Source of the DNA: Candidatus Pacearchaeota archaeon
GTDB taxonomy: Archaea > Nanobdellota > Nanobdellia > Pacearchaeales > GW2011-AR1
Assembly (NCBI GenBank): GCA_050124795.1
Contig: JASFEO010000005.1
Coordinates: 1-53,760, forward strand
Length of the DNA stretch: 53,760 nucleotides
Reading direction: 5' to 3'
Shown here in pieces: positions 19,930-30,083 of the stretch. Every line of letters starts with the position of its first letter. The first letter of the stretch is position 1. The notes under the pieces were generated by a model. It was not told the origin of the DNA, did no database searches, and saw nothing but the letters and a program-made list of their open reading frames with translations. A program made the position numbers and the translations under genes.

Positions 19930-22233
19930 ATGGTTAAATTAAAAAAGAGGAAAATAAAGAAGTCCGGATTGGTCCGGAAGGGTGTAAAATCTTTGTTTTA
20001 CGGAGGGGTCGGGGCTGTAGCATTATTGAGTTTTGTTAATTTTTTGCCGACGAGATTTTCGCATTGTGTGGAAAAAGAAGTTGCGAGAATAGTTTATAAT
20101 AATATAAAATCTATTGAGAGAATTCCTGAAGAGTTAAAGCCTTATGGAAGCTCAGTTGTGTATCTTGATAGTGAAGGAGGAATTATTGGGGGATATGGGA
20201 GAAAGAAAAAAGGAAAGATTAGTGAGGATGCAAAGAAAGCGCTTTTAGCATGTGAAGATTATTATTTTTTTCCTCATGAAAAAAATTCATTGTTTGAAAA
20301 TCTTTTAGTTCATGAGGGAGTAAGTTTGTATAATATCGCAGGAACAATCTTTGATAGAATGAATGGAAAGAATCGCGGGGGGAGCACAATTTCTATGCAG
20401 GTTGTAAAGAAAATGATTAGGGAAGAAGATGAGGATAGAACTTATGGAAAAAAACTTGAAGAAATGATTCTTGCTTATTTGTATGAAGAAAAGTTTGGAA
20501 AGGAAAAGTTGCTTGAGCATTATATGTCAAATGTTCCGTTGGGAAATAGGGTGTCAGGATTTCAGGCAGCTGCAGAGGCTTATTTTGCAAAACCCCTTGA
20601 TAAATTGAATTTTCAGCAGTTGGTTACACTTGGTTCAATTATTCCCAATCATAATAGATTAAGGGCGTTATATAAAATTAATAATGGGAAGCTTTTATCA
20701 GAACTTTCTTCAGGACTTGAACATGCATTTGTTGATTCAAAGAATAAAATTAATTCTGCATTGCGGCGCTTGCATAAGATAAAAGAAATTAGTGATGGTG
20801 AGTTTCAGAATTGGCTTATTGAGGATGAAGAAGATGCAAAAGGGATTGGATTAAAAGGGCCTGATGTGGGGTTTTATGGAAATGATGCCTGGGCTGCAAG
20901 AGAGATTACTTCTGAAATTTTGTCTCAGAATTATTTTGTTAATGGGAATTTGGTTAGCGGGAGGGAACTTTTGCTTGATACACCCGGGGAGTCCTTAGTT
21001 ATTGAAACTGAGATTGACAGGTTTCTTGTTAATAGCATTAAGAAAAATATAAAGGAATTTTTGGAAAGTGATTATTATGACAGGATTCTTCGCCTTAGAA
21101 ATAGCCGCGTGAATAAATCTTTTGGAAAGCCGTCGTGGGAAGAAGATTTGTTGTATTACAAAAGAAATAAAATAAAACCTCCTTATGAGAATTTTGAAGA
21201 GTTTATAGGTTATCTAAAGGAAAATGTAAATATCGGAGTAATGGCTGTTAATCGGGGAGGGAATATTATTGCAAAGGTCGGGGGTAAGGAATTTTTTGTT
21301 GGAAGCAAAAGCCAGGAACCTGACTTTACAATGAAAAATAAAAAAATTATCGATATTTTAAAGAGCCCTGTGGCAGTAGGTTCAACAATTAAACCAATTA
21401 CTGCTTATTCTGCAATGGCTTTATCAGACAAAGGGGTTATTGAAGAAATTAACTTGAATACTTTATTTGCTGATATTCCCATTGAAAGAATTTATAATAA
21501 AAAACTTCGCTGTTGGGAATGGATGCCTGGAAATTGGTATGATTATGATTTGCTTGGGACCGGGAAAAACAGATATCTGGGTAGGGAATATAGTCTTCTT
21601 GAAGCGCAGGTTCTTTCTGTGAATACTATTTTTGCAAGGCTTTATTCAAACTTTTTGGTAAGAAAGGAAGTTCTTAAGATATTTGATACTGCAGGTCTTG
21701 AGTATAATCATGAGAATGCAAGGTGGTGGCCGTATGGTATTGGTTCTTTTGATGTTGATCCTGCAACTTGGCTTGGGATATATTCTGCTTTTATTGACGG
21801 GAATTATCGAAAACCTTCTATAATAAAAAATATTTTTTTGGATGGCGAAGAAATATCTAATAAATATTTTGATTTTGAAATACAGAGGATTCTTTTTTCT
21901 GATGAGGATGCAAGAAGAGCTGAAATAAAAGCATTGCATGAGGTATGCAACAGAGGTTCAGGGAGAAGGATGGAAAATTATTTTGAAGAGTTTAAAGATA
22001 GGGTCACAGGAAAAACAGGAACTGAGACTGTGCAAAAGACTTCACTTTTTGTGAGTCATTATAATTCTCACCTTGACAGGGAGGCTCATCCTGATGAAAC
22101 AATAGCAATGATTACAATTGTTACAACTAATACAGGAGGGTATAAGCGTGTTGGTTATTCAACTGAAGGGCCTGTGAGAGTCGCAGGAATGATTTATAAT
22201 GATTTGTATCAGGTTAGGCAGATACTTGAATAG
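19930..22233 (+). CDS. Class A penicillin-binding protein (GT51 transglycosylase plus transpeptidase)
   Basis: N-terminal TM; EDYYF…HEG, GGSTISMQVVK, KKLEE, KEKLLEHYMS; STIK, SVN, KTGT. Confidence 0.85.
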   Translation: MVKLKKRKIKKSGLVRKGVKSLFYGGVGAVALLSFVNFLPTRFSHCVEKEVARIVYNNIKSIERIPEELKPYGSSVVYLDSEGGIIGGYGRKKKGKISEDAKKALLACEDYYFFPHEKNSLFENLLVHEGVSLYNIAGTIFDRMNGKNRGGSTISMQVVKKMIREEDEDRTYGKKLEEMILAYLYEEKFGKEKLLEHYMSNVPLGNRVSGFQAAAEAYFAKPLDKLNFQQLVTLGSIIPNHNRLRALYKINNGKLLSELSSGLEHAFVDSKNKINSALRRLHKIKEISDGEFQNWLIEDEEDAKGIGLKGPDVGFYGNDAWAAREITSEILSQNYFVNGNLVSGRELLLDTPGESLVIETEIDRFLVNSIKKNIKEFLESDYYDRILRLRNSRVNKSFGKPSWEEDLLYYKRNKIKPPYENFEEFIGYLKENVNIGVMAVNRGGNIIAKVGGKEFFVGSKSQEPDFTMKNKKIIDILKSPVAVGSTIKPITAYSAMALSDKGVIEEINLNTLFADIPIERIYNKKLRCWEWMPGNWYDYDLLGTGKNRYLGREYSLLEAQVLSVNTIFARLYSNFLVRKEVLKIFDTAGLEYNHENARWWPYGIGSFDVDPATWLGIYSAFIDGNYRKPSIIKNIFLDGEEISNKYFDFEIQRILFSDEDARRAEIKALHEVCNRGSGRRMENYFEEFKDRVTGKTGTETVQKTSLFVSHYNSHLDREAHPDETIAMITIVTTNTGGYKRVGYSTEGPVRVAGMIYNDLYQVRQILE

Positions 22234-22245
22234 AGGTAAGGGTTG

Positions 22246-22650
22246 TTAGGGAATAATCTTTTTTATGAATCTTTCTTCAATTAAAATAGCTAATAAATGG
22301 AATGTCCCCCAGATAAAGAAAAGAGCACTTAATCTCCCCCAATTGAAATTCATCCATTCTGAACCTGGATATGCAATATAAGCAATGCCTGCTAAACCTC
22401 CGCAAACCATCATTATACTAAAATTTAAGAGGTTGTCTTTTAATTCATCATTTTCTTTTCCTAATTGAAACGCAACAATCCCAAAACCAGCCATAGAGAG
22501 GGTTATGGCTATTAAAAATTTTATAAATTCCTTATTAATCTCTAAAAATTGAATTGAATTAAAGAAAAAGGAAATGGCAACAATTAGACCTAAAATTATA
22601 GTTATTATTGTTATTAAATTCTTTTTAGATATTTTCTTTCCCATTTTCAC
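22246..22650 (-). CDS. Small four-TM membrane protein
   Basis: Hydrophobic helices; overlaps srp54 stop. Confidence 0.6.
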   Translation of the reverse strand: MKMGKKISKKNLITIITIILGLIVAISFFFNSIQFLEINKEFIKFLIAITLSMAGFGIVAFQLGKENDELKDNLLNFSIMMVCGGLAGIAYIAYPGSEWMNFNWGRLSALFFIWGTFHLLAILIEERFIKKIIP

Positions 22651-24011
22651 ATCCTAAACTTTTTCTTACCAAATTTCCTAGCAAGTTTCATCATTTGCTT
22701 TTGACTCATTGGTTTTTCAGGATCAAAACTAGACTGACTTTTTATCATTTCATTGAGCAGGTCATATTGTTTTAATAAACTTCTAATTTCTGAATTATTT
22801 ACTCCTGCGCCGCTTGCGATTCTGCCAATTCTTTTTGTTTCTTTTTTTAGAAGTTCAGGATTTTCTCTTTCTTCTTTTGTCATTGATTTAATTATGTGCT
22901 CCCATTTTGCAATTTTTTGCTGCTGCGCATCAAGCATGTTCTCTGGCAGTTTTGCATTATTCATTCCTGGAATCATTCCTTTAATTTTGTCAAATCCCCC
23001 AAGAGAATTCATTTGTTTAACTTGTTCAACAACATCTTCTAAAGTTAGTTTCCCTTCTTCTAAATTTTTTTGAATTTTCTTTTGCTTTTTTTCGTCTGTA
23101 ACTGATTTTATTTTTTCAATTAAACTTTGCAAGTCTCCCATTCCTAAAAGACGCGACAAAAAGTTTTCTGGATTAAATTCTTCTAAGTCATTAATTTTTT
23201 CACCATTTGTTATGTAATAAACAGGGGCGTGAGTTTCTGCGCAAGCTGTTAATGCTCCTCCTCCTTTTGCAGTTGAATCCATTCTTGTTATAATTACTCC
23301 TGAGATATTTACTGCATCTTTAAATTCTTCAGCCTGCTTTTTAGCTGCCTGACCAATATCAGCGGGCATAACTAAAATTGTCTCAGTTGGTTTAATCACT
23401 TTTGCTAAATCTTTAATTTCTTTTTCCAGTTCTTTGTCTAAATTATGTCTGCCGGCAGTATCAATTAAAACTAAATTATATTTTTCAAGTTCCTTAGAAA
23501 ATTTTTTATAAGTCTTGACTGCGTTATTTTCTTCGAAGTCTACAAAATAATTTAATTTATTTTTTTCAGCTAATTGTTTTAGTTGCTCTTTTGCAGCCGG
23601 CCTATGAACATCAAGTCCCAGAAGCGCAACTTTTTTCCCTCGCTTTGCAAAGTAGTTTCCGAGTTTAGCAATTGTTGTTGTTTTTCCTGCGCCGTATAAA
23701 CCAAGAAGCATGACTTTATTTTGCTCTTCACTTAATTCTAATTTTTTATATTCCCCTAAAATCTTTACAAGTTCGTCGTGGAGAAGTTTTATGATGTGTT
23801 CTTTTTTTTCAATTTCTTTTATTCTTTCATCAAGAGCTGCTTTTTTTATTTTGTCACTTAATTGTTTTACTAAAATTATGTTTACATCTGCTTCAATCAG
23901 TGCTCTTTGCAAGTCGCGCACAATTCCGTTGACTAAATTTTTGTCTAAAAAAATTGCATTTGTAATTTTGTTTGTTGCGCGTTTTAATACTTCTCCTAGT
24001 TTTTCCAGCAT
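22647..24011 (-). CDS. srp54: Signal recognition particle protein SRP54
   Basis: ALIEADV, GAGKTTT, DTAGR, AKGGGAL, LGMGD, Met-rich M domain. Confidence 0.97.
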   Translation of the reverse strand: MLEKLGEVLKRATNKITNAIFLDKNLVNGIVRDLQRALIEADVNIILVKQLSDKIKKAALDERIKEIEKKEHIIKLLHDELVKILGEYKKLELSEEQNKVMLLGLYGAGKTTTIAKLGNYFAKRGKKVALLGLDVHRPAAKEQLKQLAEKNKLNYFVDFEENNAVKTYKKFSKELEKYNLVLIDTAGRHNLDKELEKEIKDLAKVIKPTETILVMPADIGQAAKKQAEEFKDAVNISGVIITRMDSTAKGGGALTACAETHAPVYYITNGEKINDLEEFNPENFLSRLLGMGDLQSLIEKIKSVTDEKKQKKIQKNLEEGKLTLEDVVEQVKQMNSLGGFDKIKGMIPGMNNAKLPENMLDAQQQKIAKWEHIIKSMTKEERENPELLKKETKRIGRIASGAGVNNSEIRSLLKQYDLLNEMIKSQSSFDPEKPMSQKQMMKLARKFGKKKFRM

Positions 24012-24012
24012 T

Positions 24013-24837
24013 TTATAATTCTAAGTTGTCCAGAGGACTTTTAATATTTTCTAAATCTGATTTTGCAATGTGAGTATAGATCTGCGTTGTTCTTAAATTT
24101 TTGTGACCAAGGAGTTTCTGAATTTTTCTTAAATCTATTCCCTGCTCCAGAAGATGCGTTGCAAAACTATGCCTTAAAACATGGGGTCTTATTTTTTTTT
24201 GAATTGCTTTTATTGATGCTTTTTCAATTATTTTTTCAATTGTTTTGGGAGAGTATTTTTTTCTTCTGTTTGATTCAAATAAATAATTTTTAGGAGATTC
24301 TTTTAATAAATAAGTTAAGAGTTCTTTTTCAAGATTATTTGGGAAGAGCATGATTCTGTCTTTTGCGCCTTTTCCCTGGCGCACGACGATGATTTTTCTT
24401 TCGATGTCTATGTTATTTGGTTTTAAATTTAAAAGTTCAGAAACTCTTATTCCAGAAGCATACATTAATTTAATCATAATTTTGTGTTTTGGGTTTTCAA
24501 TTGATTGAATTATTTTTATTGTTTGTTCTTTATTCAAGACTTCAGGAATTTTTGATTCTTTTTTATAATGCGGAAGAAGGAATTCTTTTGATTTTCCAAG
24601 AGTATTAAATAAGATTTTAAGTGCAGCATATTTTTGTTTAATGTAACTTGTGCTTTGGTTTTTGTTAATTGAGTCTAGTATATATTTTTTAACTTCATCA
24701 TTTGTTATTTTATTCGAACTTTTTTTTAAGAAGTCATTTAAAATATTCATATAAGCTTTTATTGTTTTATTTGAGAGATTGTTTAGTTTTAGGAAATTCT
24801 CATATTCACTTTTAATCGAAATTATATCCTGATTCAT
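24013..24837 (-). CDS. Tyrosine recombinase, integron-integrase-like but lacking the IntI insertion
   Basis: SGIRVSE, RQGKGAKDR, HVLRHSFATHLLEQG, LLGH…TTQIYTH, C-terminal SPLD. Confidence 0.9.
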   Translation of the reverse strand: MNQDIISIKSEYENFLKLNNLSNKTIKAYMNILNDFLKKSSNKITNDEVKKYILDSINKNQSTSYIKQKYAALKILFNTLGKSKEFLLPHYKKESKIPEVLNKEQTIKIIQSIENPKHKIMIKLMYASGIRVSELLNLKPNNIDIERKIIVVRQGKGAKDRIMLFPNNLEKELLTYLLKESPKNYLFESNRRKKYSPKTIEKIIEKASIKAIQKKIRPHVLRHSFATHLLEQGIDLRKIQKLLGHKNLRTTQIYTHIAKSDLENIKSPLDNLEL

Positions 24838-24877
24838 TATTGAATTAATAAAGAGAAGTTTAAATAATTTTCTAAGA

Positions 24878-24900
24878 AGTTCGATTAAAAGTTGTTATGT
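24878..24900 (+). other. Candidate attI site (core GTTATGT at 24894)
   Basis: GTTATGTG is the exact complement of CACATAAC opening the first attC-like site; lies just upstream of the integrase promoter. Confidence 0.6.
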
Positions 24901-24947
24901 GCAATATTACTCGGGCACTTTTTTCTTCTAAATGTTATCAAGAAATC

Positions 24948-25817
24948 TTATAATCCACTATTTTGAAGTCTCTGTTTCGCAGCAGAAATTTCAGCATAAT
25001 CTCTTGCAGTGGGTTGTGGAAATGGATCAAATCCTAACTCGGCAACAAGCCAGCTTTCTCTTGAATTTGGTCTTCTCCAACTAAATCTTGAAGCAATTTC
25101 TCTATCTTGTTCTATTGACCTTGCAGTTGAAAGACTTTCTTCTCTAATTTCTTGTACAGAATCTAAAACAGACTGTAGAGAATCCGCTTCAAAACCTTTT
25201 TCAGCACAATATTGAGCATTATCACATAATGTATTAACTGCATTTGACCATCCTCTATTACCTTCATTTCTTGCCATTTCCATATAATGACTTACCCCTC
25301 GCTTATATGCTTCAGGTGTTAAATCTTTCTGTAATTCTTGTGGACAAGTTTCCAAACGACCATACAATCCTTCAGGTAATTTCACATATGGATAAGGAAA
25401 TCCTAATCCAACTGTAATTTCCAAACTCTTCATTGTTGCTTCAATATCTTTTTCTGCTTCAACTATTGCTCCAGTTTTTAGATGATCCCTAAATCGAGCA
25501 ATATGTTCTTGCATATGAGAATTAGCTTTATCAACATATGATTGCAACATTGGATTAACCCAACTATGAATTCTTTTGGCTCCAACAACCGAAAGTCTTC
25601 TAATGCTCACTGGTTCATCAAATGGAGTAGAATTCCATCTCATAACTTGATAAACTGTAGGTGGGTTGCTATCATGCAAGAATCCAATATATGTTCTATG
25701 ATTCGTGAATAATGTTGGATGTGTTTCTTTAGGAAATACATTATTGAAATGCCCATTAGGAAGAACTAAGTAAGTATCTCCTTCTTGTCTGACAACATTA
25801 TTAACTGGCTCAATCAT
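24948..25817 (-). CDS. Cassette 1: hypothetical protein
   Basis: 289-aa ORF with own TATA-like box, between attI and the first attC. Confidence 0.75.
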   Translation of the reverse strand: MIEPVNNVVRQEGDTYLVLPNGHFNNVFPKETHPTLFTNHRTYIGFLHDSNPPTVYQVMRWNSTPFDEPVSIRRLSVVGAKRIHSWVNPMLQSYVDKANSHMQEHIARFRDHLKTGAIVEAEKDIEATMKSLEITVGLGFPYPYVKLPEGLYGRLETCPQELQKDLTPEAYKRGVSHYMEMARNEGNRGWSNAVNTLCDNAQYCAEKGFEADSLQSVLDSVQEIREESLSTARSIEQDREIASRFSWRRPNSRESWLVAELGFDPFPQPTARDYAEISAAKQRLQNSGL

Positions 25818-25952
25818 AAATTAGTGAATAAGCTAATTCTTTAAATAGTTTTCTACTTCAAAATAGTAATCTGATTTCTTAATAACGAAAAAAGTGCCCT
25901 GCGTCATACTGTGCCTACGCTTCGCTTCGGCATTTTTTCTTGCAGAAAAAAC

Positions 25953-26064
25953 ACATAACAGCGATTAAGAGACTCCGCCTTGCAGGCTCCGTCCAAATTG
26001 AATTTTTGGAGGTCGCTACGCTCCACTCTCAAAAATCCAACTTCTCTTAATCGCGATGTTAATT
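25953..26064 (+). repeat. attC-like site 1
   Basis: ACATAAC-AGCGATTAAGAGA … TCTCTTAATCGC-GA-T-GTTAATT. Confidence 0.8.
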
Positions 26065-26115
26065 GCAATTTGAGATTTGGGCTAAAAATAGAAAGGGCTT
26101 TGGTTTTGTATATAC

Positions 26116-26892
26116 TCATTGATATTCTTGCTTTGCAATACCTAAAAGAATATTTCTCACCATTTTAAGAGTATTTGGTTGAACTTTATCTAAAGTGTCA
26201 TGAAATCCATTAATTTCCAATTTTTCTAATATTTTTGGAGTCGGTCCTCCTTCTGATTCCCATAACCTTCCTAGGTCAGATGAAACCGTAGAGAAAACAG
26301 TAGAATCAATTCCTGCTTGATTTAAAATAACATTATCTGAAGGAGGAGTTCCCGCATAAAAAAAAGGAATATTCAACTCAGTACATACTTTTTGGATTCT
26401 TCCATTCATGGCTTCTGAATTTTTAACATAGTCTTCCCACGATAAATCATAAGATTTACTACCTAACATAATTGCATTTCCTCTACCAGTTACCTCGAGA
26501 TTATATACTTTTGATAAATTCAAAAAGGGATCATTTACATATCCTTTTGAACCAATTAATCCAATTTCTTCTCCGTCAAAGAATAAAAACCCAAAAGGTA
26601 TTGGAGAACCTTCCTTCACCATTTTCTCTAAGGTTGACAACATCTCGATTACTGCAGAACCATTATCCAAAATTCCATCTCCTTCAGGGGTTTTGTCATA
26701 ATGTGCAGAAAATGCTGAAACTGGTAAATTTTTTGAATTTCCATAAACTACCCCAATATTTAGTAATTCTAAACCATCGTGGGATATTTTTTGTCTTAGA
26801 GGAGTCATTCCCATAGAACTTAAATTATCTAAAATAAATTCCCTTCGTGAATTATAATCACATCCCGAGTAATCTGCAATTCGGTCTAACAT
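26116..26892 (-). CDS. Cassette 2: M28-family zinc peptidase
   Basis: SAHYD, GILDNGSA, DGEEIGLIGS, SDN, HDTLD. Confidence 0.85.
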   Translation of the reverse strand: MLDRIADYSGCDYNSRREFILDNLSSMGMTPLRQKISHDGLELLNIGVVYGNSKNLPVSAFSAHYDKTPEGDGILDNGSAVIEMLSTLEKMVKEGSPIPFGFLFFDGEEIGLIGSKGYVNDPFLNLSKVYNLEVTGRGNAIMLGSKSYDLSWEDYVKNSEAMNGRIQKVCTELNIPFFYAGTPPSDNVILNQAGIDSTVFSTVSSDLGRLWESEGGPTPKILEKLEINGFHDTLDKVQPNTLKMVRNILLGIAKQEYQ

Positions 26893-26943
26893 AATTCTTG
26901 ATAATTATGTAAAAGTTATAAACCTTTCGGATAGTTACTATTA

Positions 26944-27893
26944 TGTGCTCCCACCTGACATATGTCGTAGGCTAAAATAACAAACTAAAATCATTATAAA
27001 CTTCATCAGGAGTTTTATTATTCAAACTCATATGAGGTCTGAAATGATTATATCTCATTCTCCAAAGTTCAGGATCTCCATTGCAAAACTTAAACTCTCT
27101 TTTGAAAGTCTGAAATAATCTTTCGACCTTCCCTTGAGTTGTTGGGCTATGAATTGCCCCGCGAATATGTTTAATCCCTTTTTTTCTCAATTTCACATCA
27201 AATCTGGAATGTTTGCTTTTCAATCCATATGCTGAACCATTATCAGTTAAAATCTCTCTGGGTTTTCCATAAACTTTGATTAAATCATCAATTAATTTAA
27301 TCACAACATCTGTTGTAACCCGATTAACAGGAACAAAAGCTAAACTTTTTCTCGAACAATCATCGACGACAGAAATAACATATTTATTCTTAATCTTTTG
27401 GTCGCTGTGATCAATCTGCCAAAGAGAATTAGGAGTCTTTCTTTGCCAGCGAATATATTTAATTCGCCTCTTTCTTCTTTTAGGATTATTAACTAATTTA
27501 TTTTTATTGAGAATTTTATTAATTGTTGTATGACTTAATGAAACAAGACCCTCAATCTTCTCAGCTCCCCAACCAGTTTCTTTTTTTATCTCCACAATTT
27601 TGCTTTCTAATTCAGAAGTTATCTTTCGATAAATTGTTTTTGGTTTTCTTGATTTATCCCTTAAATTCCAATCTGAATTATTCAGTTTATTTGTCCACCT
27701 TCTTAATGTCCTTATGTTAACTTCATAATTAAACTTAGCAAAGAGTATTTTCCTGCATTGGTTATTAGTGTGCCCCTTGATTCTAAGCTTGAAATATTCT
27801 TTTCTGATTAATTCTTTTTTCATTCAAAACCGAAGAAATCATCTGCGAACTAATTTTCGGTTTTGCCTAGGACATATGTCCCTTGCTTATACA
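26944..27893 (-). mobile_element. IS481-family insertion sequence
   Basis: Both ends read TGT-N10-GACATATGTC(G/C)TAGGC; single transposase; no target duplication seen. Confidence 0.85.
26972..27823 (-). CDS. IS481-family DDE (rve) transposase
   Basis: HTH, WQID, DDCSR, TDNGS, QGKVER, YNHFRPH. Confidence 0.92.
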   Translation of the reverse strand: MKKELIRKEYFKLRIKGHTNNQCRKILFAKFNYEVNIRTLRRWTNKLNNSDWNLRDKSRKPKTIYRKITSELESKIVEIKKETGWGAEKIEGLVSLSHTTINKILNKNKLVNNPKRRKRRIKYIRWQRKTPNSLWQIDHSDQKIKNKYVISVVDDCSRKSLAFVPVNRVTTDVVIKLIDDLIKVYGKPREILTDNGSAYGLKSKHSRFDVKLRKKGIKHIRGAIHSPTTQGKVERLFQTFKREFKFCNGDPELWRMRYNHFRPHMSLNNKTPDEVYNDFSLLF

Positions 27894-28401
27894 TCTTTAT
27901 CATGGTTTGAAATCAATGAAGATAAAGAAAATTGATTTTCAAGATTTGGTAAATGAACTCGCTGGTAATAATAAATTAAAGAAAGTGTTTTATTATACTG
28001 CAAGAATGGATAAGAATTTTGATGAGAAAAGATACGCCAAGCATCAAAAATTTCTTAAGAAACTTTCATCTATTCCGAACTTTAAAATTTCATATTGCAC
28101 TTTCAAGAAAATCATCGAAAAAAATGGTAAAGTCAGTTATGCTGTTAAAGGCGATGATGTTCAGCTAGCAAATGATATGATTGTTGGAGCCTATGAAAAC
28201 CTTTATGATATTGCAATATTGGTTTCAGGAGATGAAGACTTCAAGCCAGTTGTGCGTACAGTAAGAAAACGAGGAAAGGTAGTTGAAAATATTTTCTTTA
28301 GAGGAGGATCTTCATCAAGATTAAGGAAAACTTGTAACTCATCAAAGAACATTCGTTTTATTTTAGAAAAAATAAATAGGCGTCCTGGCATTACAGAGTA
28401 A
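27894..28401 (+). pseudogene. 5'-truncated NYN (LabA/DUF88, PIN-like) nuclease gene
   Basis: YYT, KGDDV, AILVSGDEDF, GKVVE; the N-terminal DxxN motif is replaced by the IS end. Confidence 0.8.
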
Positions 28402-28625
28402 CCCAGGACAGTTATTAGTATTATCACTAATCTAAACTTTAAAAATTCTTCGGTTGCCTAATTTTCGCCTTTCGTGGCGACTTACTTTTTAGAAAAAAGT
28501 AAGCAAAAAGCGCGCGCTTCCCACCCTAAGAATGGAGATTTAAATTTTCTTAACGCAGAAGAAAAAACTCCTTCGCCTTCGGCTCGGTGCCGTCTTGCAG
28601 ACTTTCGGCATAAATGCCTCACACG

Positions 28626-28749
28626 ACTTAACAGGGGATAAAGAGTAATTTCTTGCAGAAATTCCCCAAATTCTTCTTCCAGCTCGAGCCTGTGAGGTTC
28701 CGCTCCAGTCTCGAGGTCAGAAGAACTTTCCTTAAGCCCAATGTTAAGA
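28626..28749 (+). repeat. attC-like site 2
   Basis: ACTTAAC-AGGGGATAAAG … CTTAAGCCCAAT-GTTAAGA. Confidence 0.7.
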
Positions 28750-28919
28750 AAAATATTTCCACTTTCTCCGTCGCTGTTTTAACTTTTATCGTCGGAGATA
28801 AATCTCAAATTCTGATTTTGATATCTCCGCTTAACGCTCCAATGCGAAATTAAAATTGTCGCATAACATCGCTGATTAAACGAAATTTTTGAAAAATAAA
28901 AATAATAAAAACGAAAGAT

Positions 28920-29162
28920 TTATTCTAATTCTTTTTCTAATTCACTTAGACCTTTGTTCTCACCATATTTGATTTTGTTATAGAATCCTAATCCCATTGA
29001 CGCCAAAAATGCACCGCCAATCAAATATGGGTGGTCGAAGCTTTTGTCGCCGACAACATCAACAACTCCTGCAACCATTGAACTTGATGCCACGCCAAAA
29101 GCAAATCCATCATAGAATTCTCTAAGTGAATATTCTCTTAGTTTTTGAATTTTGTCATTCAT
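28920..29162 (-). CDS. Cassette: small two-TM membrane protein
   Basis: 80-aa ORF with BRE/TATA and GGAG upstream. Confidence 0.7.
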   Translation of the reverse strand: MNDKIQKLREYSLREFYDGFAFGVASSSMVAGVVDVVGDKSFDHPYLIGGAFLASMGLGFYNKIKYGENKGLSELEKELE

Positions 29163-29357
29163 TTTAATTCTCCTTACTAAGAGAATAAATTAATAGTTTA
29201 TAAATCTTTCGTTAATTTACTACTTGAAAGTTAATAACTTATTTTTCAAAAACTACGATATCAAAGAATTTTCGAAAGTGGAAATACTCTTCGGAATTTT
29301 TTTGCTTCGCAAAAAACCACTTGCAGTTATTCCTCGTCCTCGCCTTTGGCTCGGATT

Positions 29358-29481
29358 TCTTAACAGCGATTAAAACTCCGCTCCGTTGCACTCCGCTACG
29401 CCCTTCGGTTTTGTGGGATGCCTCAAAACCTACGGGGAAATAAATCCTTCGGATTTACTTCTCTTAATCGCGATGTTATAC
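29358..29481 (+). repeat. attC-like site 3
   Basis: TCTTAAC-AGCGATTAA … TTAATCGC-GA-T-GTTATAC. Confidence 0.8.
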
Positions 29482-29558
29482 GAAATTTCAAACCCTGTCT
29501 TGATGTAGAAAAGATTAAATAGGATCTGTTTTAATTAACATATTAGAGGATATAAAAT

Positions 29559-29957
29559 ATGAAAAAAGTAGAAAAAATTAACAATAATACTTTAGCCGTT
29601 ATAATTGGATTAGTGATTAGTATCGGCTGGATTTTTATGGGGCTTGATATTGGCTTCCAATTTGTGGCTCCAGATCAAATAAGTTACATACTAACATTGG
29701 CTGGGCAACGCCATACTATTATGACCCTATTAGCTTTAGTTCTAATTCCAATATGTGCCAGAGAAAATCGATGGGGTTTATTATCTGCAATGATTCTAGG
29801 AATAGTCACATTAACTTTATCGTTAGCCCACATCATCTATATGCTAATTGCTACTCCTTCTGGATTTGAATCACAAATATTTGGGCCCACGATTTGGTCT
29901 ATAATTCAAATACCAATAATATTTTTTGGTTATAAAGCTCAACAAGCATTGAGATAG
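29559..29957 (+). CDS. Cassette: four-TM membrane protein
   Basis: 132-aa hydrophobic ORF, GAGGA upstream. Confidence 0.75.
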   Translation: MKKVEKINNNTLAVIIGLVISIGWIFMGLDIGFQFVAPDQISYILTLAGQRHTIMTLLALVLIPICARENRWGLLSAMILGIVTLTLSLAHIIYMLIATPSGFESQIFGPTIWSIIQIPIIFFGYKAQQALR

Positions 29958-30083
29958 TTAAGCCGAATTTACTTAGAGGTAATCATACATCTGATTTTTG
30001 AAAAATTTAAGATATTAGTAAAAACCGCAGGGTTTGAAACTCAAGGGGGCGCTGCGCTTTCGTCGCTATTGCTCCTCACCCTC

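Noticed and set aside
18135-24837. Prophage made of the tail-collar genes and the integrase
   Set aside because: Separated by srp54; no capsid, terminase or portal genes; collar proteins have signal peptides
28770-28872. Inverted attC-like site (TCGCTGTT…ATAACATCGC)
   Set aside because: Half-motifs are in the wrong order for a minus-strand site and lack the stem; too weak to call
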